Shown here in pieces: positions 39,420-50,005 of a DNA stretch of 64,000 nucleotides. Each line of letters opens with the position of its first letter. Within the stretch, counting starts at the first letter, position 1. This stretch comes from an uncultured Rhabdochlamydiaceae bacterium. Lineage in GTDB: Bacteria > Chlamydiota > Chlamydiia > Chlamydiales > Rhabdochlamydiaceae. A program made the translations under genes and the position numbers. The stretch covers positions 768,001 through 832,000 of the forward strand of contig CAVQHD010000001.1 of the NCBI GenBank assembly GCA_963712275.1, written 5' to 3'. The notes under the pieces are model-generated. The model ran no database searches. It was not told the origin of the DNA and saw nothing but the letters and a program-made list of their open reading frames with translations.

Positions 39420-40433
39420 ATGAGAATTGCGATCAACGGATTTGGGCGGATTGGGCGATTGGTCCTCAGGATTATTACCCAAAAAAAAAGTTCAAATCTT
39501 GAAGTTATTGCAATCAACGATCTTGTTCCCGCGGATAATTTAGCCTACCTCCTCAAATACGATACAGTTCATCGGCAAGCTCCTTTCCAAGTCAAAGCAG
39601 AAGGCTCCCATCTCATTGTCGATGGAAAGCAGATCCAGGTATTAGGAGAGAAAGACCCCTCGGTTCTTCCCTGGAAGACCTTGGGAATCGATTATGTGGT
39701 TGAATCAACAGGCCACTTTGCCACAGAGGAAGGAGCCGCTTGCCATCTCAAAGCAGGCGCTAAACGTGTGGTCATCACAGCGCCGGCCAAAGGAAACATT
39801 CCCACGCTTGTCATGGGAGTCAATCATGAGCGCTACAACCCTTCCAACGATAAAATTGTATCGAATGCTTCTTGCACAACGAATTGTCTTGCGGTTTTAA
39901 CGAAAGTCCTTTTAGACCACTTTGGCATTGAAGAAGGGCTCATGACAACCATTCACTCGCTCACCGCCTCGCAACCAACAGTCGATGGCCCCTCGAAAAA
40001 AGATTGGCGAGGAGGCCGTGCCGCAGGAGCAAATATTATTCCGTCATCCACAGGAGCCGCACTGGCTGTCGGGCTTTGCTTGCCCGAAGTCAAGGGAAAA
40101 CTCACTGGGATGGCTTTTCGTATTCCAACGGTAGACGTATCTGCCGTTGATTTAACTGTACGTCTCAAAAGAGACACAACCTATGAAGAGATCTGCACCG
40201 TCATGAAAAATGAAGCCAAAGGCCGTTACAAAGACGTTCTGGCCTATACGGAAGACGAAGTCGTCTCCTCTGATTTTATTGGGACTTCCCCTTCCTGTAT
40301 TTTTGATAGACGGGCAGGAATTGAGTTGAATAGACGCTTTTTTAAACTCATTGCGTGGTATGATAATGAGATGGGATATGCCCATCGGGTTGTGGATCTT
40401 TTGGAGTATATGAAAACAAAAGAAACCCAGTAA
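39420..40433 (+). CDS. gapA: Glyceraldehyde-3-phosphate dehydrogenase
   Basis: [27 protein letters not shown]. Confidence 0.98.
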   Translation: MRIAINGFGRIGRLVLRIITQKKSSNLEVIAINDLVPADNLAYLLKYDTVHRQAPFQVKAEGSHLIVDGKQIQVLGEKDPSVLPWKTLGIDYVVESTGHFATEEGAACHLKAGAKRVVITAPAKGNIPTLVMGVNHERYNPSNDKIVSNASCTTNCLAVLTKVLLDHFGIEEGLMTTIHSLTASQPTVDGPSKKDWRGGRAAGANIIPSSTGAALAVGLCLPEVKGKLTGMAFRIPTVDVSAVDLTVRLKRDTTYEEICTVMKNEAKGRYKDVLAYTEDEVVSSDFIGTSPSCIFDRRAGIELNRRFFKLIAWYDNEMGYAHRVVDLLEYMKTKETQ

Positions 40434-40450
40434 AAAAGAGGTTATATCCC

Positions 40451-41173
40451 GTGAACTTTACCCGCGAACCCATCATTGAAACTATCATTACACCTCGTGA
40501 AGGCTACAGGTTAATTGTCCGTAGCACAAAGCATGAGAATGAAGAAGAATTTGCCGTTGACGCTGTCGAGGTCGTCTCCTTTGGAAATGCCCTTTTTTAT
40601 CGCAGCTTGGAAAAGCCCAAGCCTTTTCTTCTCCCCATTGGAGATTATCAAGTTGTCGAAGGAAAGGAAGCTCGTATTGCGCTTAAAAACGCCCAATTTG
40701 ATCGCACCATCAAAATCGGAGGCGGCCGTGAAACCTCCTTTAAAAAAGAAGCAGAAGCAGTTGACGAACAGCTCCTTCCAAACTCTCTTGAAGAAGAGGC
40801 GACCGAAGAGAGTCCCGCCGCAGAAACAGGATCAGACCGTCATAAGCGTGACCGCCGTCGCAACCGCCGCCGCCGAGATCGAGAAGAGCAATACTCCAAA
40901 TCCCCCGTAGAATCCAAACCCGAAACCCCTGCAACACCCATCTTTGCTCACTTAATCCCTCCCCCGCCGACCCTCATCTCAAAATCGATCCAAAAGTATA
41001 AAGAGCAGCAGTCCCAAGAGGTCCCTCCGCAACCCGCTGAAGTTGCTCAAAAAGAGGCAACTCAAAAAGAAGGAGAAGGCGAGGCCAACACTATCAGTCG
41101 ATCATTAATCGAGCCCCCCGCCTTCACTCCCGGCCTTCCTTCCATGAACGAATGGAGCAATTTCTTATCTTGA
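40451..41173 (+). CDS. grgA: Chlamydia-specific transcription factor GrgA (CT504-like)
   Basis: FTREPIIETIITPREGYRL N-terminus, Arg-rich middle, position after gapA. Confidence 0.8.
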   Translation: MNFTREPIIETIITPREGYRLIVRSTKHENEEEFAVDAVEVVSFGNALFYRSLEKPKPFLLPIGDYQVVEGKEARIALKNAQFDRTIKIGGGRETSFKKEAEAVDEQLLPNSLEEEATEESPAAETGSDRHKRDRRRNRRRRDREEQYSKSPVESKPETPATPIFAHLIPPPPTLISKSIQKYKEQQSQEVPPQPAEVAQKEATQKEGEGEANTISRSLIEPPAFTPGLPSMNEWSNFLS

Positions 41174-41244
41174 TGAGAAACCACACCGCTCAGTAGACTC
41201 TTATAACTCTAGAGGGGGCTTTCCCCTCTACCAAGGGTCTCTTT

Positions 41245-41328
<84 letters not shown>

Positions 41329-41507
41329 ACTCTCTATAGAAAATGACCTAAAAATCGATTAAAAATCAGGCTCAAAATCTGGTTGAATTCGGCGTTAATG
41401 GCACACTCACGGCACACTTTGAGATGTGAAATCTAGATAAACAAGGACGCGCTTGGATAAGAAAAGCCTCTTGTCTTATCATCTTATCACTAGTCTAGGA
41501 ATGGTGT

Positions 41508-42086
41508 ATGGCAAAGCATGTTTATCTAAATGGACCCTCAAGCTCGGGCAAAACCACTCTTGTTAAAGCTCTTCAAGAATCTTTTTCAGAGCCTTATCTT
41601 CATATTGGTATTGATAAACTGATAGGCTTCATGCCGGCGAAGCTCAATAATTGGACGGGTGGGTTTGCGCCGGAGGGGTTTTCTTGGGAACCAGCAGTTG
41701 ATCCAACGGGCCATCCGGTGTATCAGATTCATGCCGGCCCTTTTGCTCAGCGCATTACCCATACCCTAAGAAGTGTAGCGCAGTTGCTTGCCTCTCAGCA
41801 TTATAACATCATCATTGATGACCTAGCATTATGCGGTGCTATTGAAGTTGAAGAATGGCGCCAAACTCTCAAAAATTACTCAGTGCTGTATGTCGGTGTC
41901 ATTACTCCCTTGCATATTCTTGAAGAGCGTGAACGTTCCAGAGGTGATCGTTTTCTGGGCAGTGCTCGTGGGCAATATTTTAAAGTGCATGAAAATGTTG
42001 CTTACGACCTTGAAGTTGACACCTATACCCATTCTGTTGAAGACAATGTTGCAAAAATCAAAGCGGCCCTCTTAAAAAAATCATAA
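41508..42086 (+). CDS. Chloramphenicol phosphotransferase-like P-loop kinase
   Basis: LNGPSSSGKTT, HIGID, ERERSRGDR, YDLEVDT. Confidence 0.85.
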   Translation: MAKHVYLNGPSSSGKTTLVKALQESFSEPYLHIGIDKLIGFMPAKLNNWTGGFAPEGFSWEPAVDPTGHPVYQIHAGPFAQRITHTLRSVAQLLASQHYNIIIDDLALCGAIEVEEWRQTLKNYSVLYVGVITPLHILEERERSRGDRFLGSARGQYFKVHENVAYDLEVDTYTHSVEDNVAKIKAALLKKS

Positions 42087-42273
42087 CTACTTTTAGCTCT
42101 TCGGCCCCATGTATTTTTGCTTTGAATGTGCCATTAGTGTGCCATCTATGCCCACGCTATACACAACACGTAGGACGTGAGCGTGTTATTTGCACTTCTC
42201 TATTGATAACTAATCCCCTGTTGAATTTTTATCTTCATTTATCGTAACATATCTTCTTTTGACAAGAGGACGA

Positions 42274-43341
42274 ATGGCGAATATCCAAGAGAGAAAAACC
42301 AAGGACGGAAAAATCACCTACCGGGTGCAAGTCCGTCTTAAAGGGTACCCAGCTCAACAAGCAACATTTCATCGTATAACTGATGCTCGGAGGTGGGCTC
42401 AGCAGGTAGAGTCAGCCATTAGAGAGGGAAGACACTTTAAGACGACTGAGTCCAAGAAGCACACCTTAGAACACCTTATCGATCGTTATATTGAGAGCAT
42501 TATCCCCAATAAAATGAAAAATGGCAGAAAACAAAAGGCCCAACTCATCTGGTGGAAACAGCAGATAGGGGATTATTCGCTTGCGGAGGTCACGCCATCA
42601 CTTATTGCAGAGTGCAGAGATGTTCTTCTGCAAGGGTTCACCCCTAGGGGGACAAAACGCTCGCCGTCAACAGCTGTTCGTTACATGGCCGCTCTGAGCC
42701 ATGCTCTAAGTGTAGCTGTGAAAGAATGGGGTTGGTTGGAAGATTCACCCATTCGTAAGGTGACTAAGCCTAGAGAACCCCGTGGTAGGGTGCGCTATTT
42801 AGATGAGCAGGAAAGGGAAAGGCTTCTCCAGGCATGTCGTGAGAGTAAAAATTCTTATTTGTACATTGTCGTTGTGATTGCTATTTCGACCGGGATGCGG
42901 CGATCTGAAATTCTCAACTTGACCTGGGCTGACGTCGATCTAGCAAAGGGGCGGATTATTCTTCATGAAACAAAGAATGGGGAACGAAGGGTAGTGCCTT
43001 TGCTTGGCCGGGCTCTTGAATTGCTGCGTAAGCATGAATTATTACGGCGGGTTGATACAGTTCTTGTTTTCCCCGCCATTCGTGGACAAAAGCCACAGAA
43101 GCCAGTTGATTTTCGAGGAGCTTGGGAGACGGCAATAGAAAAGGCCCAAATCAATGATTTTCGATTTCATGACCTTAGGCATAGTTGCGCTAGTTATCTC
43201 GCTATGGGCGGAGCCTCTTTAGCTGAGATCGGAGAATTGCTTGGCCACAAAAATTTGCAGGTCACGCGTCGCTATTCACACCTATCCGAAGTGCATACTG
43301 CTGGGGTTGTTGAAAGAATGAACGAAAAAATATTTGGGTGA
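42274..43341 (+). CDS. Tyrosine recombinase/integrase
   Basis: Catalytic set TGMRRSE, TKNG, FHDLRH, LGHK, RRYSH all present. Confidence 0.95.
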   Translation: MANIQERKTKDGKITYRVQVRLKGYPAQQATFHRITDARRWAQQVESAIREGRHFKTTESKKHTLEHLIDRYIESIIPNKMKNGRKQKAQLIWWKQQIGDYSLAEVTPSLIAECRDVLLQGFTPRGTKRSPSTAVRYMAALSHALSVAVKEWGWLEDSPIRKVTKPREPRGRVRYLDEQERERLLQACRESKNSYLYIVVVIAISTGMRRSEILNLTWADVDLAKGRIILHETKNGERRVVPLLGRALELLRKHELLRRVDTVLVFPAIRGQKPQKPVDFRGAWETAIEKAQINDFRFHDLRHSCASYLAMGGASLAEIGELLGHKNLQVTRRYSHLSEVHTAGVVERMNEKIFG

Positions 43342-43993
43342 GGAAATGTTACATCTCTACAGATTAGAACTCTTGCAGGAGCAGCGTCAACTTAAGCCTT
43401 TTTGGCTCAAAAAAGATAATGTTTTACGGTCAGATTGCATCTTCATCTTTTATAAAATAGAGCCCATGGGCCCAGGTGAAAGTGGTTTTCCCACCGAACA
43501 AATAATTGCCCAGTTTGATGTTATGCATATTTGGGAAATCTTTAAGGATTCTGATTTATGGTATAGCCATAGCCCTCAAATACCGCTCAAGAGCTTTGCT
43601 GAGTTTTTAAAACGCAAAGAAATAGAAATACCCGACCATCTTGCTTTCTTGCTGGAAGGGGGTAATCGAAAAAGCGATGATAAATTTACAAACGACAGTG
43701 AAAAAAAGGCTGTGGACGGTTTTATAGCAAGCGCGCGTCCTGTGCAATATCAAAGAGTTTTTCTTAGAATTGTGGCTCAGCATATTTGGAGAAACTATAA
43801 TCAAGAATCCAAGCCATCTGCCAGTGCACTAATAGAAAATAATCAAGATTTTAAAAAGATGAGGAAATTCATTGGCGCTGAAGACACGGGGGATAAGGTT
43901 GTAACTTCTTGGATTTCAGACTTAAGTCCTCGCGCAAAAAAGAATAAAAAAGCTAAAGCTACCCCAGCTATAAAAGAAACACCCTCCTGCTGA
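43334..43993 (+). CDS. Hypothetical protein following the integrase
   Basis: 219-aa ORF overlapping the integrase stop. Confidence 0.65.
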   Translation: MGEEMLHLYRLELLQEQRQLKPFWLKKDNVLRSDCIFIFYKIEPMGPGESGFPTEQIIAQFDVMHIWEIFKDSDLWYSHSPQIPLKSFAEFLKRKEIEIPDHLAFLLEGGNRKSDDKFTNDSEKKAVDGFIASARPVQYQRVFLRIVAQHIWRNYNQESKPSASALIENNQDFKKMRKFIGAEDTGDKVVTSWISDLSPRAKKNKKAKATPAIKETPSC

Positions 43994-44208
43994 TTCTTTA
44001 AAACGAGCCTTCTAGGGCTTTTTTTACCTCTTCTTGGGGTTAGTTTTCATTTGTCTTCCAAACCTTGAAAAACAATACTTGCTCTATGGAAAAACACCCC
44101 TTCTAGCGCTTAGGAGGGGTATTACTTTCTTGGCATGGTCGTAGAAAATAAACGTAAATGTTTCTTTAAAGATATCTTTCAAAAACCACAAAAAATAGGA
44201 GGTTACAA

Positions 44209-44427
44209 ATGAAAGACATCGATAATCGAAACCGTTACCTGTCTGTAGAACAGTTTGCTTTAGAACATCCGGCTTTTTCTCAAAGTTCCTTACGGCATCT
44301 TATTTTTGATGCTGATAGGAATGGATTTCGTTCTGTGCTTCGACGTGTAGGAAAAAGGAAAATCCTTTTGGATGAGCAGTCTTTTTTTGCATGGATCGAA
44401 CAGCAAAATCAGCAAGGAGGCAAATAA
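44209..44427 (+). CDS. AlpA/excisionase-like small DNA-binding protein
   Basis: YLSVEQFA...FSQSSLRHLIF...RRVGKRKILLDEQSFFAWIE; strong SD AGGAGG. Confidence 0.75.
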   Translation: MKDIDNRNRYLSVEQFALEHPAFSQSSLRHLIFDADRNGFRSVLRRVGKRKILLDEQSFFAWIEQQNQQGGK

Positions 44428-44774
44428 TGAAACAGCGAGAAAGACGGTTTCTAAAAGCCCTCCTTGAACAGGATAAAGTCTTCGTAAAGGACCTGCGGGC
44501 AATCGTGGGAGCTTTAAATCCTGCTCAGGTTGCGTTTGTTTTACGCCAAAAAGGCTGGAACATACAGACAAGATTTATCTCAATGCGAGACCGTGATGGG
44601 CTTATTTGTCATCCAGGGTACTACTGGCTGGACGATCAGGAAAAAGAAAGAGTCAGACGGTTCTTTGAAGATACCAGTGGAGCGGATGACGCCGCCCCGC
44701 CGGTGAATGGAAATTCAAAGTATGCTGATACTCAAATATCCAATACTCATCGTAGCAAAGAGGTAGAAAAATGA
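44427..44774 (+). CDS. Small winged-HTH-like protein
   Basis: LRAIVGALNPAQVAFVLRQKGWNIQT...HPGYYWL; SD AGGAGG before ATG 44427. Confidence 0.6.
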   Translation: MKQRERRFLKALLEQDKVFVKDLRAIVGALNPAQVAFVLRQKGWNIQTRFISMRDRDGLICHPGYYWLDDQEKERVRRFFEDTSGADDAAPPVNGNSKYADTQISNTHRSKEVEK

Positions 44775-46246
44775 CTACCTCTTTGCAAGATTGGACAGCC
44801 CCCATACCATTAGGGGCTTCTCTTTTTTCTACCTGGGCATCCGATATTTTTCCGGAGCCTGTTCAATCCTTCGTTAGTGAATTGGCAAGGGCGACTGAAA
44901 CGCCCATAGAACTAGCCTCGCTGGCTACATTTTCAGGGCTTTCAACCGTTGCTCAAGGGAAATACATCGTGCAAGTAAAGCCTGATTATTTCGAGCCCGT
45001 GAACGTTTGGACGGCTGTTGCTCTCCCATCTGGGTCTCGGAAGTCGGCTGTTCAAAAATATATCACAGCCCCTTTGACCCAATGGGAAAAAGAACAAAAG
45101 AAATTAATTGATCCTCTCATCGCTCAGGTTGCATCTGAAAACAAGAGTATTGAAACTCGCGTTAAAGAAATTCGACGAAAGGGTGCATTGGCTGAAGTTG
45201 ATGAGTACGAAAAGATAAAAGAAGAGGCGGCAAAGCTTGAATCACAGATTCGGGAAGTACCAACGGTCCCTCAGCTTTGGACTGGAGACATTACTCCCGA
45301 GAATCTGGGGACGCTCATGGCTGAAAACGATGAATGTATGGCATTTTTGAGCGACGAAGCCGGTGTATTTGATATTTTATCCGGACGATATTCTTCTGGA
45401 ATACCGAATTTAGACCTATTTCTTCAGGCTCACTCAGGAAGCCCCACGCGGGTCAATCGAGGGAGTCGTCCACCAGTATTTTTGGATCATCCAGCTCTTA
45501 CCATGGGGTTGACTCCTCAACCGGATGTGTTAAGAGGTCTTGCAAAAACGCCAGCATTTCGTGGCAGAGGTCTTTTAGCAAGATTTTTATATGCTATACC
45601 TGCATCAAATTTAGGGGTTAGGTGTTTAGATGCCCCTCCATTGTCTGTCAGGTCTCAAGAAAGTTTTAACACAATTATCACAGCGATTCTTAATCACCCT
45701 AAAGATGAAAATAATCCGCATATTCTCAAACTTTCCAAAGAAGCATTGGAAGACTGGCATTATTATGCTTTAGCGGTTGAAATCAAAATGGGGGATGATG
45801 GCCCCTTTGCTCATATGCGGGACTGGGCTGGTAAACTGCCTGGTGCAATAGCAAGAATGGCAGCTCTACTGCATGTGGCTAGATATGCCGAAAGCCACCC
45901 CTGGAAGATTGAAATAGGTAATACAGATATGAAAGCTGCCATCAAAATCGGGCATGTACTCTCTGAACATGCTCTTGGAGTTTTTGAGCTTATGGGTGCT
46001 GATCCAGCTCTAGATGGAGCAAAAACAATCCTAAACTGGATTCAAAGAAAACAGCTGAGGCGGTTCACCTTTCGAGATTGCCATTACGCACATAAAAGTA
46101 AATTCAAGAGGGCGAAAGAAATGGAGTTCTCAATGGAAGTGTTAGAGGAGAGGCATTTTATAAAAGAGATCAATAAGGAGAGTAAACCGCATCGTCCTAG
46201 CAGGATTTTTGATGTTAATCCTCAAATTTGGCAGGAGAAAAGCTAA
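44771..46246 (+). CDS. DUF3987/YfjI family P-loop protein (putative replication helicase)
   Basis: LPSGSRKS, DITPENL, SDEAG, RGRGLLARFLY. Confidence 0.85.
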   Translation: MTTSLQDWTAPIPLGASLFSTWASDIFPEPVQSFVSELARATETPIELASLATFSGLSTVAQGKYIVQVKPDYFEPVNVWTAVALPSGSRKSAVQKYITAPLTQWEKEQKKLIDPLIAQVASENKSIETRVKEIRRKGALAEVDEYEKIKEEAAKLESQIREVPTVPQLWTGDITPENLGTLMAENDECMAFLSDEAGVFDILSGRYSSGIPNLDLFLQAHSGSPTRVNRGSRPPVFLDHPALTMGLTPQPDVLRGLAKTPAFRGRGLLARFLYAIPASNLGVRCLDAPPLSVRSQESFNTIITAILNHPKDENNPHILKLSKEALEDWHYYALAVEIKMGDDGPFAHMRDWAGKLPGAIARMAALLHVARYAESHPWKIEIGNTDMKAAIKIGHVLSEHALGVFELMGADPALDGAKTILNWIQRKQLRRFTFRDCHYAHKSKFKRAKEMEFSMEVLEERHFIKEINKESKPHRPSRIFDVNPQIWQEKS

Positions 46247-46931
46247 TGCGTCTTTTTGTGGCTTTTGTCCCTTATGTTCTAAAAGATTTAAAAAAATAAT
46301 TACGGAGATGCGTATGACCAAGAAGGAATTGCGGAAAAAAGAGAACCTCATTCCCCAAAATAAAGAAAGTATTACAAGTGGCACAAGCCCTTTTATTCGC
46401 TACAAGTACAAGTGTAATGAAAAGACGGGTAAAGATGAGTTTGTTTCAATCGAATTATCAGATGGGACAAAGATAGATAATGAAGAAGCTCTGATAAGGC
46501 TCCAGAAGGCTCTAAAAGAAGCCACAGGAACGGATGATCTGCATTTGTCCGAACAAATCTTATGTTCGGCTGCTTTTGGGATGCCCGAACACAAACATGA
46601 GTCTAGACTTAATAATCTATTAGCCTTGATGCCTGCTTTTAAACCCCAGGACGAAACTGAAGCCACTTTATTTGGTCAGTTTCTAACACTGCAAAAATCG
46701 GGATTTAAATGTCTCCGTAAAGCGAATGATTCGGACAGTTTTTTTCACATGGAGAGCTTATTTTCTCTCGCCGGTAAACTTTTCCGTACGGCAAATGAAA
46801 CGATGCAGACTATTTTGAGGTACAGATCGGGAGGTCGTCAGGAGATTCAAATAGTTCATTTACACAACGAGGGACAGGCTATCGTTACTCAAAATCTTTC
46901 CTCTGGGGGAGGGGGTAAGGAAAAAATATGA
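46209..46931 (+). CDS. Conserved hypothetical protein preceding the HGGxSTG protein
   Basis: KPQDETEATL...LRYRSGGRQEIQIVHLHNEGQAIV; true start may be ATG 46308. Confidence 0.65.
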   Translation: MMLILKFGRRKANASFCGFCPLCSKRFKKIITEMRMTKKELRKKENLIPQNKESITSGTSPFIRYKYKCNEKTGKDEFVSIELSDGTKIDNEEALIRLQKALKEATGTDDLHLSEQILCSAAFGMPEHKHESRLNNLLALMPAFKPQDETEATLFGQFLTLQKSGFKCLRKANDSDSFFHMESLFSLAGKLFRTANETMQTILRYRSGGRQEIQIVHLHNEGQAIVTQNLSSGGGGKEKI

Positions 46932-46952
46932 AATTGAACCCCATGGTTCATT

Positions 46953-47216
46953 GTGGCTCAATGTAGTGCAAGAGGTAAAAGATCGAAAGAACGGTGTCTC
47001 AGATGGGCGGTTAGAGGCCGCAGTACATGTCATATGCATGGAGGCTGGTCCAGAGGTCCCAAAACCAAGAAAGGGAGGAAGCGCTCTCGTTTAGCTGTGC
47101 TGAAGCATGGACGATACACGAAGAAAGCAAAAGCTGAGCGCCGTGAAGTAATTGATTTGATAAAAAGATGTAAAAACAATTTAAATTTTTTCTTCATTCT
47201 TACTATCTTTAATTGA
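46953..47216 (+). CDS. HGGxSTG domain protein
   Basis: CSARGKRSKERC...CHMHGGWSRGPKT...KHGRY. Confidence 0.8.
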   Translation: MAQCSARGKRSKERCLRWAVRGRSTCHMHGGWSRGPKTKKGRKRSRLAVLKHGRYTKKAKAERREVIDLIKRCKNNLNFFFILTIFN

Positions 47217-47686
47217 AAAATTATATCTCATTACTGATTGTTTTTATTTATGGTTTTTATATATTATGTCACTCTAATTTAGGTTATGGTGATATGGATA
47301 CAAAAACTATCAAGAAACGAATTGCATCTGCTTTTACCGCTTGTGGTTGGTTACTAGGGCTTCAAGCTTTCAGCTCGGCGTACTACTTGCTTACTGGCAT
47401 GTCTAACTCGAATAATGACGATATCTTTATTGGACTTTTTGGATTTGGAATTGGTGCGATATTTTATTGGTTATTCAAAAAAACCAAAACTGAAACTACA
47501 TACAAAAATTTAGGAGCTTTATTTCTGTTATGCCTAGGGCTTGATGCTATGGATATGGCTTTCTTTATGTATGAAAAATTCAGTGTGTTTCTGATCGCCT
47601 TAGCAGTAAAAACACCAATTTGTGTCCTTTTGTACAAAGGGACCATTGCCGGTATTGAGCAATACAAGGGAGGGAAAAGAATATGA
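47213..47686 (+). CDS. Hypothetical membrane protein (AT-rich cargo)
   Basis: Several TM-like segments. Confidence 0.55.
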   Translation: MKNYISLLIVFIYGFYILCHSNLGYGDMDTKTIKKRIASAFTACGWLLGLQAFSSAYYLLTGMSNSNNDDIFIGLFGFGIGAIFYWLFKKTKTETTYKNLGALFLLCLGLDAMDMAFFMYEKFSVFLIALAVKTPICVLLYKGTIAGIEQYKGGKRI

Positions 47687-47764
47687 TTTCACAATTGGTG
47701 CCAAAATAGAAACTATCAACATACTAAATGAACAGTATAAATTGTATAAAAAAGAAAAGAAACG

Positions 47765-48106
47765 ATGAAGAATAAGCATAAGGTTTGGATTTGGTGTATT
47801 GGGTTATCAGTTTCGTTATGTATTTGGTGGTTTTGGGAGTCTAAAGCTGATTTTATTGAAGATAACAGCATTGTAACATGGCCTTCAATTTGTATTTTTG
47901 GTGTGTTGCTATATTGCAGTTATCTTGCAACAGGGAAATTGTACGTTTTTCAGGACACTTTCGATGAAATTGATGCTAGAATTAAAAATTGTGAAGAGCA
48001 AATTCATATCTTGAATAACATGGCGATCAGCAATAGCAATTTAATAGATGTTATAAACAAAAAAAGACAAAGAAAAAAACCAAATAAAGGAACAATAAAA
48101 AGATGA
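47765..48106 (+). CDS. Hypothetical membrane protein with coiled-coil-like tail
   Basis: Two hydrophobic segments; ATGA-coupled to the next gene. Confidence 0.55.
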   Translation: MKNKHKVWIWCIGLSVSLCIWWFWESKADFIEDNSIVTWPSICIFGVLLYCSYLATGKLYVFQDTFDEIDARIKNCEEQIHILNNMAISNSNLIDVINKKRQRKKPNKGTIKR

Positions 48107-48369
48107 AGTGGAGCATGTATACGCTACAGGCGATTTTGCTATTCCTCAAACTTCTTCCTTACGGAACACCTCTTTTTTTCTGGGGCGTTGATTTGCAACA
48201 GCCGCTTATTAATGGGGTTGATCCTGCTATTGTCTGGAATAAGCCTTATATGAATTTTTATTCTGATTTCAGTTCAGTTAGTTGGTGGCTTGTACTGATA
48301 CCAATCTATTTTTTGATTGGAAATGAGTTTTTGCCCCATATCCTAACAAAAAAGAGTAGAAAAAAATGA
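48103..48369 (+). CDS. Hypothetical membrane protein
   Basis: WWLVLIPIY segment; translational coupling on both sides. Confidence 0.5.
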   Translation: MKWSMYTLQAILLFLKLLPYGTPLFFWGVDLQQPLINGVDPAIVWNKPYMNFYSDFSSVSWWLVLIPIYFLIGNEFLPHILTKKSRKK

Positions 48370-48677
48370 ATCGGAAGAGTGTAAAAAAGAAAAACAAATA
48401 TCTAATAGGATTAATTATTTTGTCTTTGGTTGGAGTCGGAGTTACTCTTTCTTGCGAGGACAGTAAAAAGTCTAAACTGGATAAATATTATTTAGAACGA
48501 TTTAAGTCCATTAAGAGCCGTATGATTTATGGTTCATCAGCAGATTCGGAAAAAGACCTTAATGATTACCATGATCAAACCGAGCTTTGTATGCACCAAG
48601 ATGGATATACTGGACCCGAAATAATGGAGATAAGGATACAAGCCTTTAGGGAAGCTCTTTTAACAGGAAAGCAGTAA
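48366..48677 (+). CDS. Hypothetical putative lipoprotein
   Basis: Basic N-terminus, hydrophobic core, TLSC. Confidence 0.55.
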   Translation: MNRKSVKKKNKYLIGLIILSLVGVGVTLSCEDSKKSKLDKYYLERFKSIKSRMIYGSSADSEKDLNDYHDQTELCMHQDGYTGPEIMEIRIQAFREALLTGKQ

Positions 48678-48750
48678 GAGGATCGCTCAGATGAGAATGC
48701 TTTTTTCATTGAGAATAACATCTAGTATAAAACAAAAAATAAAGATACAT

Positions 48751-49221
48751 ATGAAAGCATTACAGTGTTTCCTCATGATACTCTTCTTAGGGCATCTCTT
48801 GGGGGGCGCTGGTATTCTTTATGGGGCTGAAGAATATAAAGGGTTCGTTATCATAGATCGAAAGCCTTGGAAAACATCTTGGTTTCAGGAAAATGGTTTT
48901 TGGGTTCTTTTAGCTAGATTTGATAAAGGAGAGTTGAAAACTTATTTTAAAAATGCTCCTCCGCCCTCTGGATTAGGTATTGATTCTGTGAATAAGCCAG
49001 TAAAACAAGAATTTAGATACTTCGCATCGGGGGAAGTATTTACATCAAAAAATAGCCAGTATGAACAATGGCCTGATGGTGCAAAAACTTGGGCCTTTTC
49101 TTATGATTGTAAGATTAAGCTAGCTTCAGGTCGACTTGCGGATGGGTGTACTACTGCGATAATCCAAGAAGTGAAGGGAATACCAAATGAAATTCGTTAT
49201 TCTCTTTTCTTAGTTCCTTAA
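48751..49221 (+). CDS. Hypothetical secreted protein
   Basis: Signal-like MKALQCFLMILFLG. Confidence 0.55.
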   Translation: MKALQCFLMILFLGHLLGGAGILYGAEEYKGFVIIDRKPWKTSWFQENGFWVLLARFDKGELKTYFKNAPPPSGLGIDSVNKPVKQEFRYFASGEVFTSKNSQYEQWPDGAKTWAFSYDCKIKLASGRLADGCTTAIIQEVKGIPNEIRYSLFLVP

Positions 49222-49580
49222 CCGAGCAGTAACTTTCTTAGTCCAATCAACCTTCTTACAATTTATGGCACATTGACGGCACACTTTGTGATGAAAAAAT
49301 AAGAAAATATAAGACTGTCAATGAAATATTTTATTCTGTAAATAGCTGAGCTTTATATCATTAACTATCTTTTATTAACCTTGACTATCCCTATCCGATG
49401 ACTTAAAATCCCCTCCGTTAATAGCGGGTGCAGGTTCGACTCCTGTTCCGAGCAATTCTCTATAGAAAATGACCTTTTTTGAGACCCCAAAAAGCTTGTT
49501 CAATCAAGCTTTAAATGTTGTCCATGGTCCACTGGTGGTCCACTAATCAGCTGAAAAAAAGCTAAAGTCGAATTCAAGGA

Positions 49581-50005
49581 ATGCTTTTTCCGTGGCTCGA
49601 GGAAGAACTCGAACCTTTGACCGAAAAACAAGAACAACTCATTACGATTCTGGAAGTTATACGTATTGAGGAATTTATTCCTGATTATTTCGGTTGTGAA
49701 GGACGTCCTCAAAAAACGCGCCCCGCTATCGCAAGAGCCTACGTCGCTAAAATGATCTATAATCACGATACAACTCTTCAACTTCTCGAGCGATTACAAG
49801 GTGATAAAAACCTCAGAAGAATCTGCGATTGGGAATACCGAGGACAAATTCCTAGCGAGTCGACTTTTTCAAGAGCCTTTGCAGAGTTTGCCAAGACATC
49901 TCTGCCAGATCGAGTTTTACAAGCTATCATCGACAAGAATCTTAAAACTGAAGTCTTTTTGCATCTCTCCCGCGATTCTACAGCCATTGAAGCCAGGGAA
50001 AAAGC
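49581..50005 (+). pseudogene. Truncated DDE transposase (DUF772-type, IS5/IS1182-like)
   Basis: LFPWLEEEL, GRP, PSESTFSRAFAEFA, SRDSTAIEAREK then similarity ends; in-frame stop upstream. Confidence 0.75.

Noticed and set aside
41508..42086. Proven chloramphenicol resistance gene
   Set aside because: Family motifs only; substrate cannot be inferred from sequence
47213..49221. Integron cassette array
   Set aside because: No attC-like repeats between the genes, several genes overlap, and the integrase is not recognisably IntI-like
49400..49454. Additional tRNA-Leu gene
   Set aside because: Only the 3' half from the anticodon loop is present, so it is an att repeat (same for 51919-51974)
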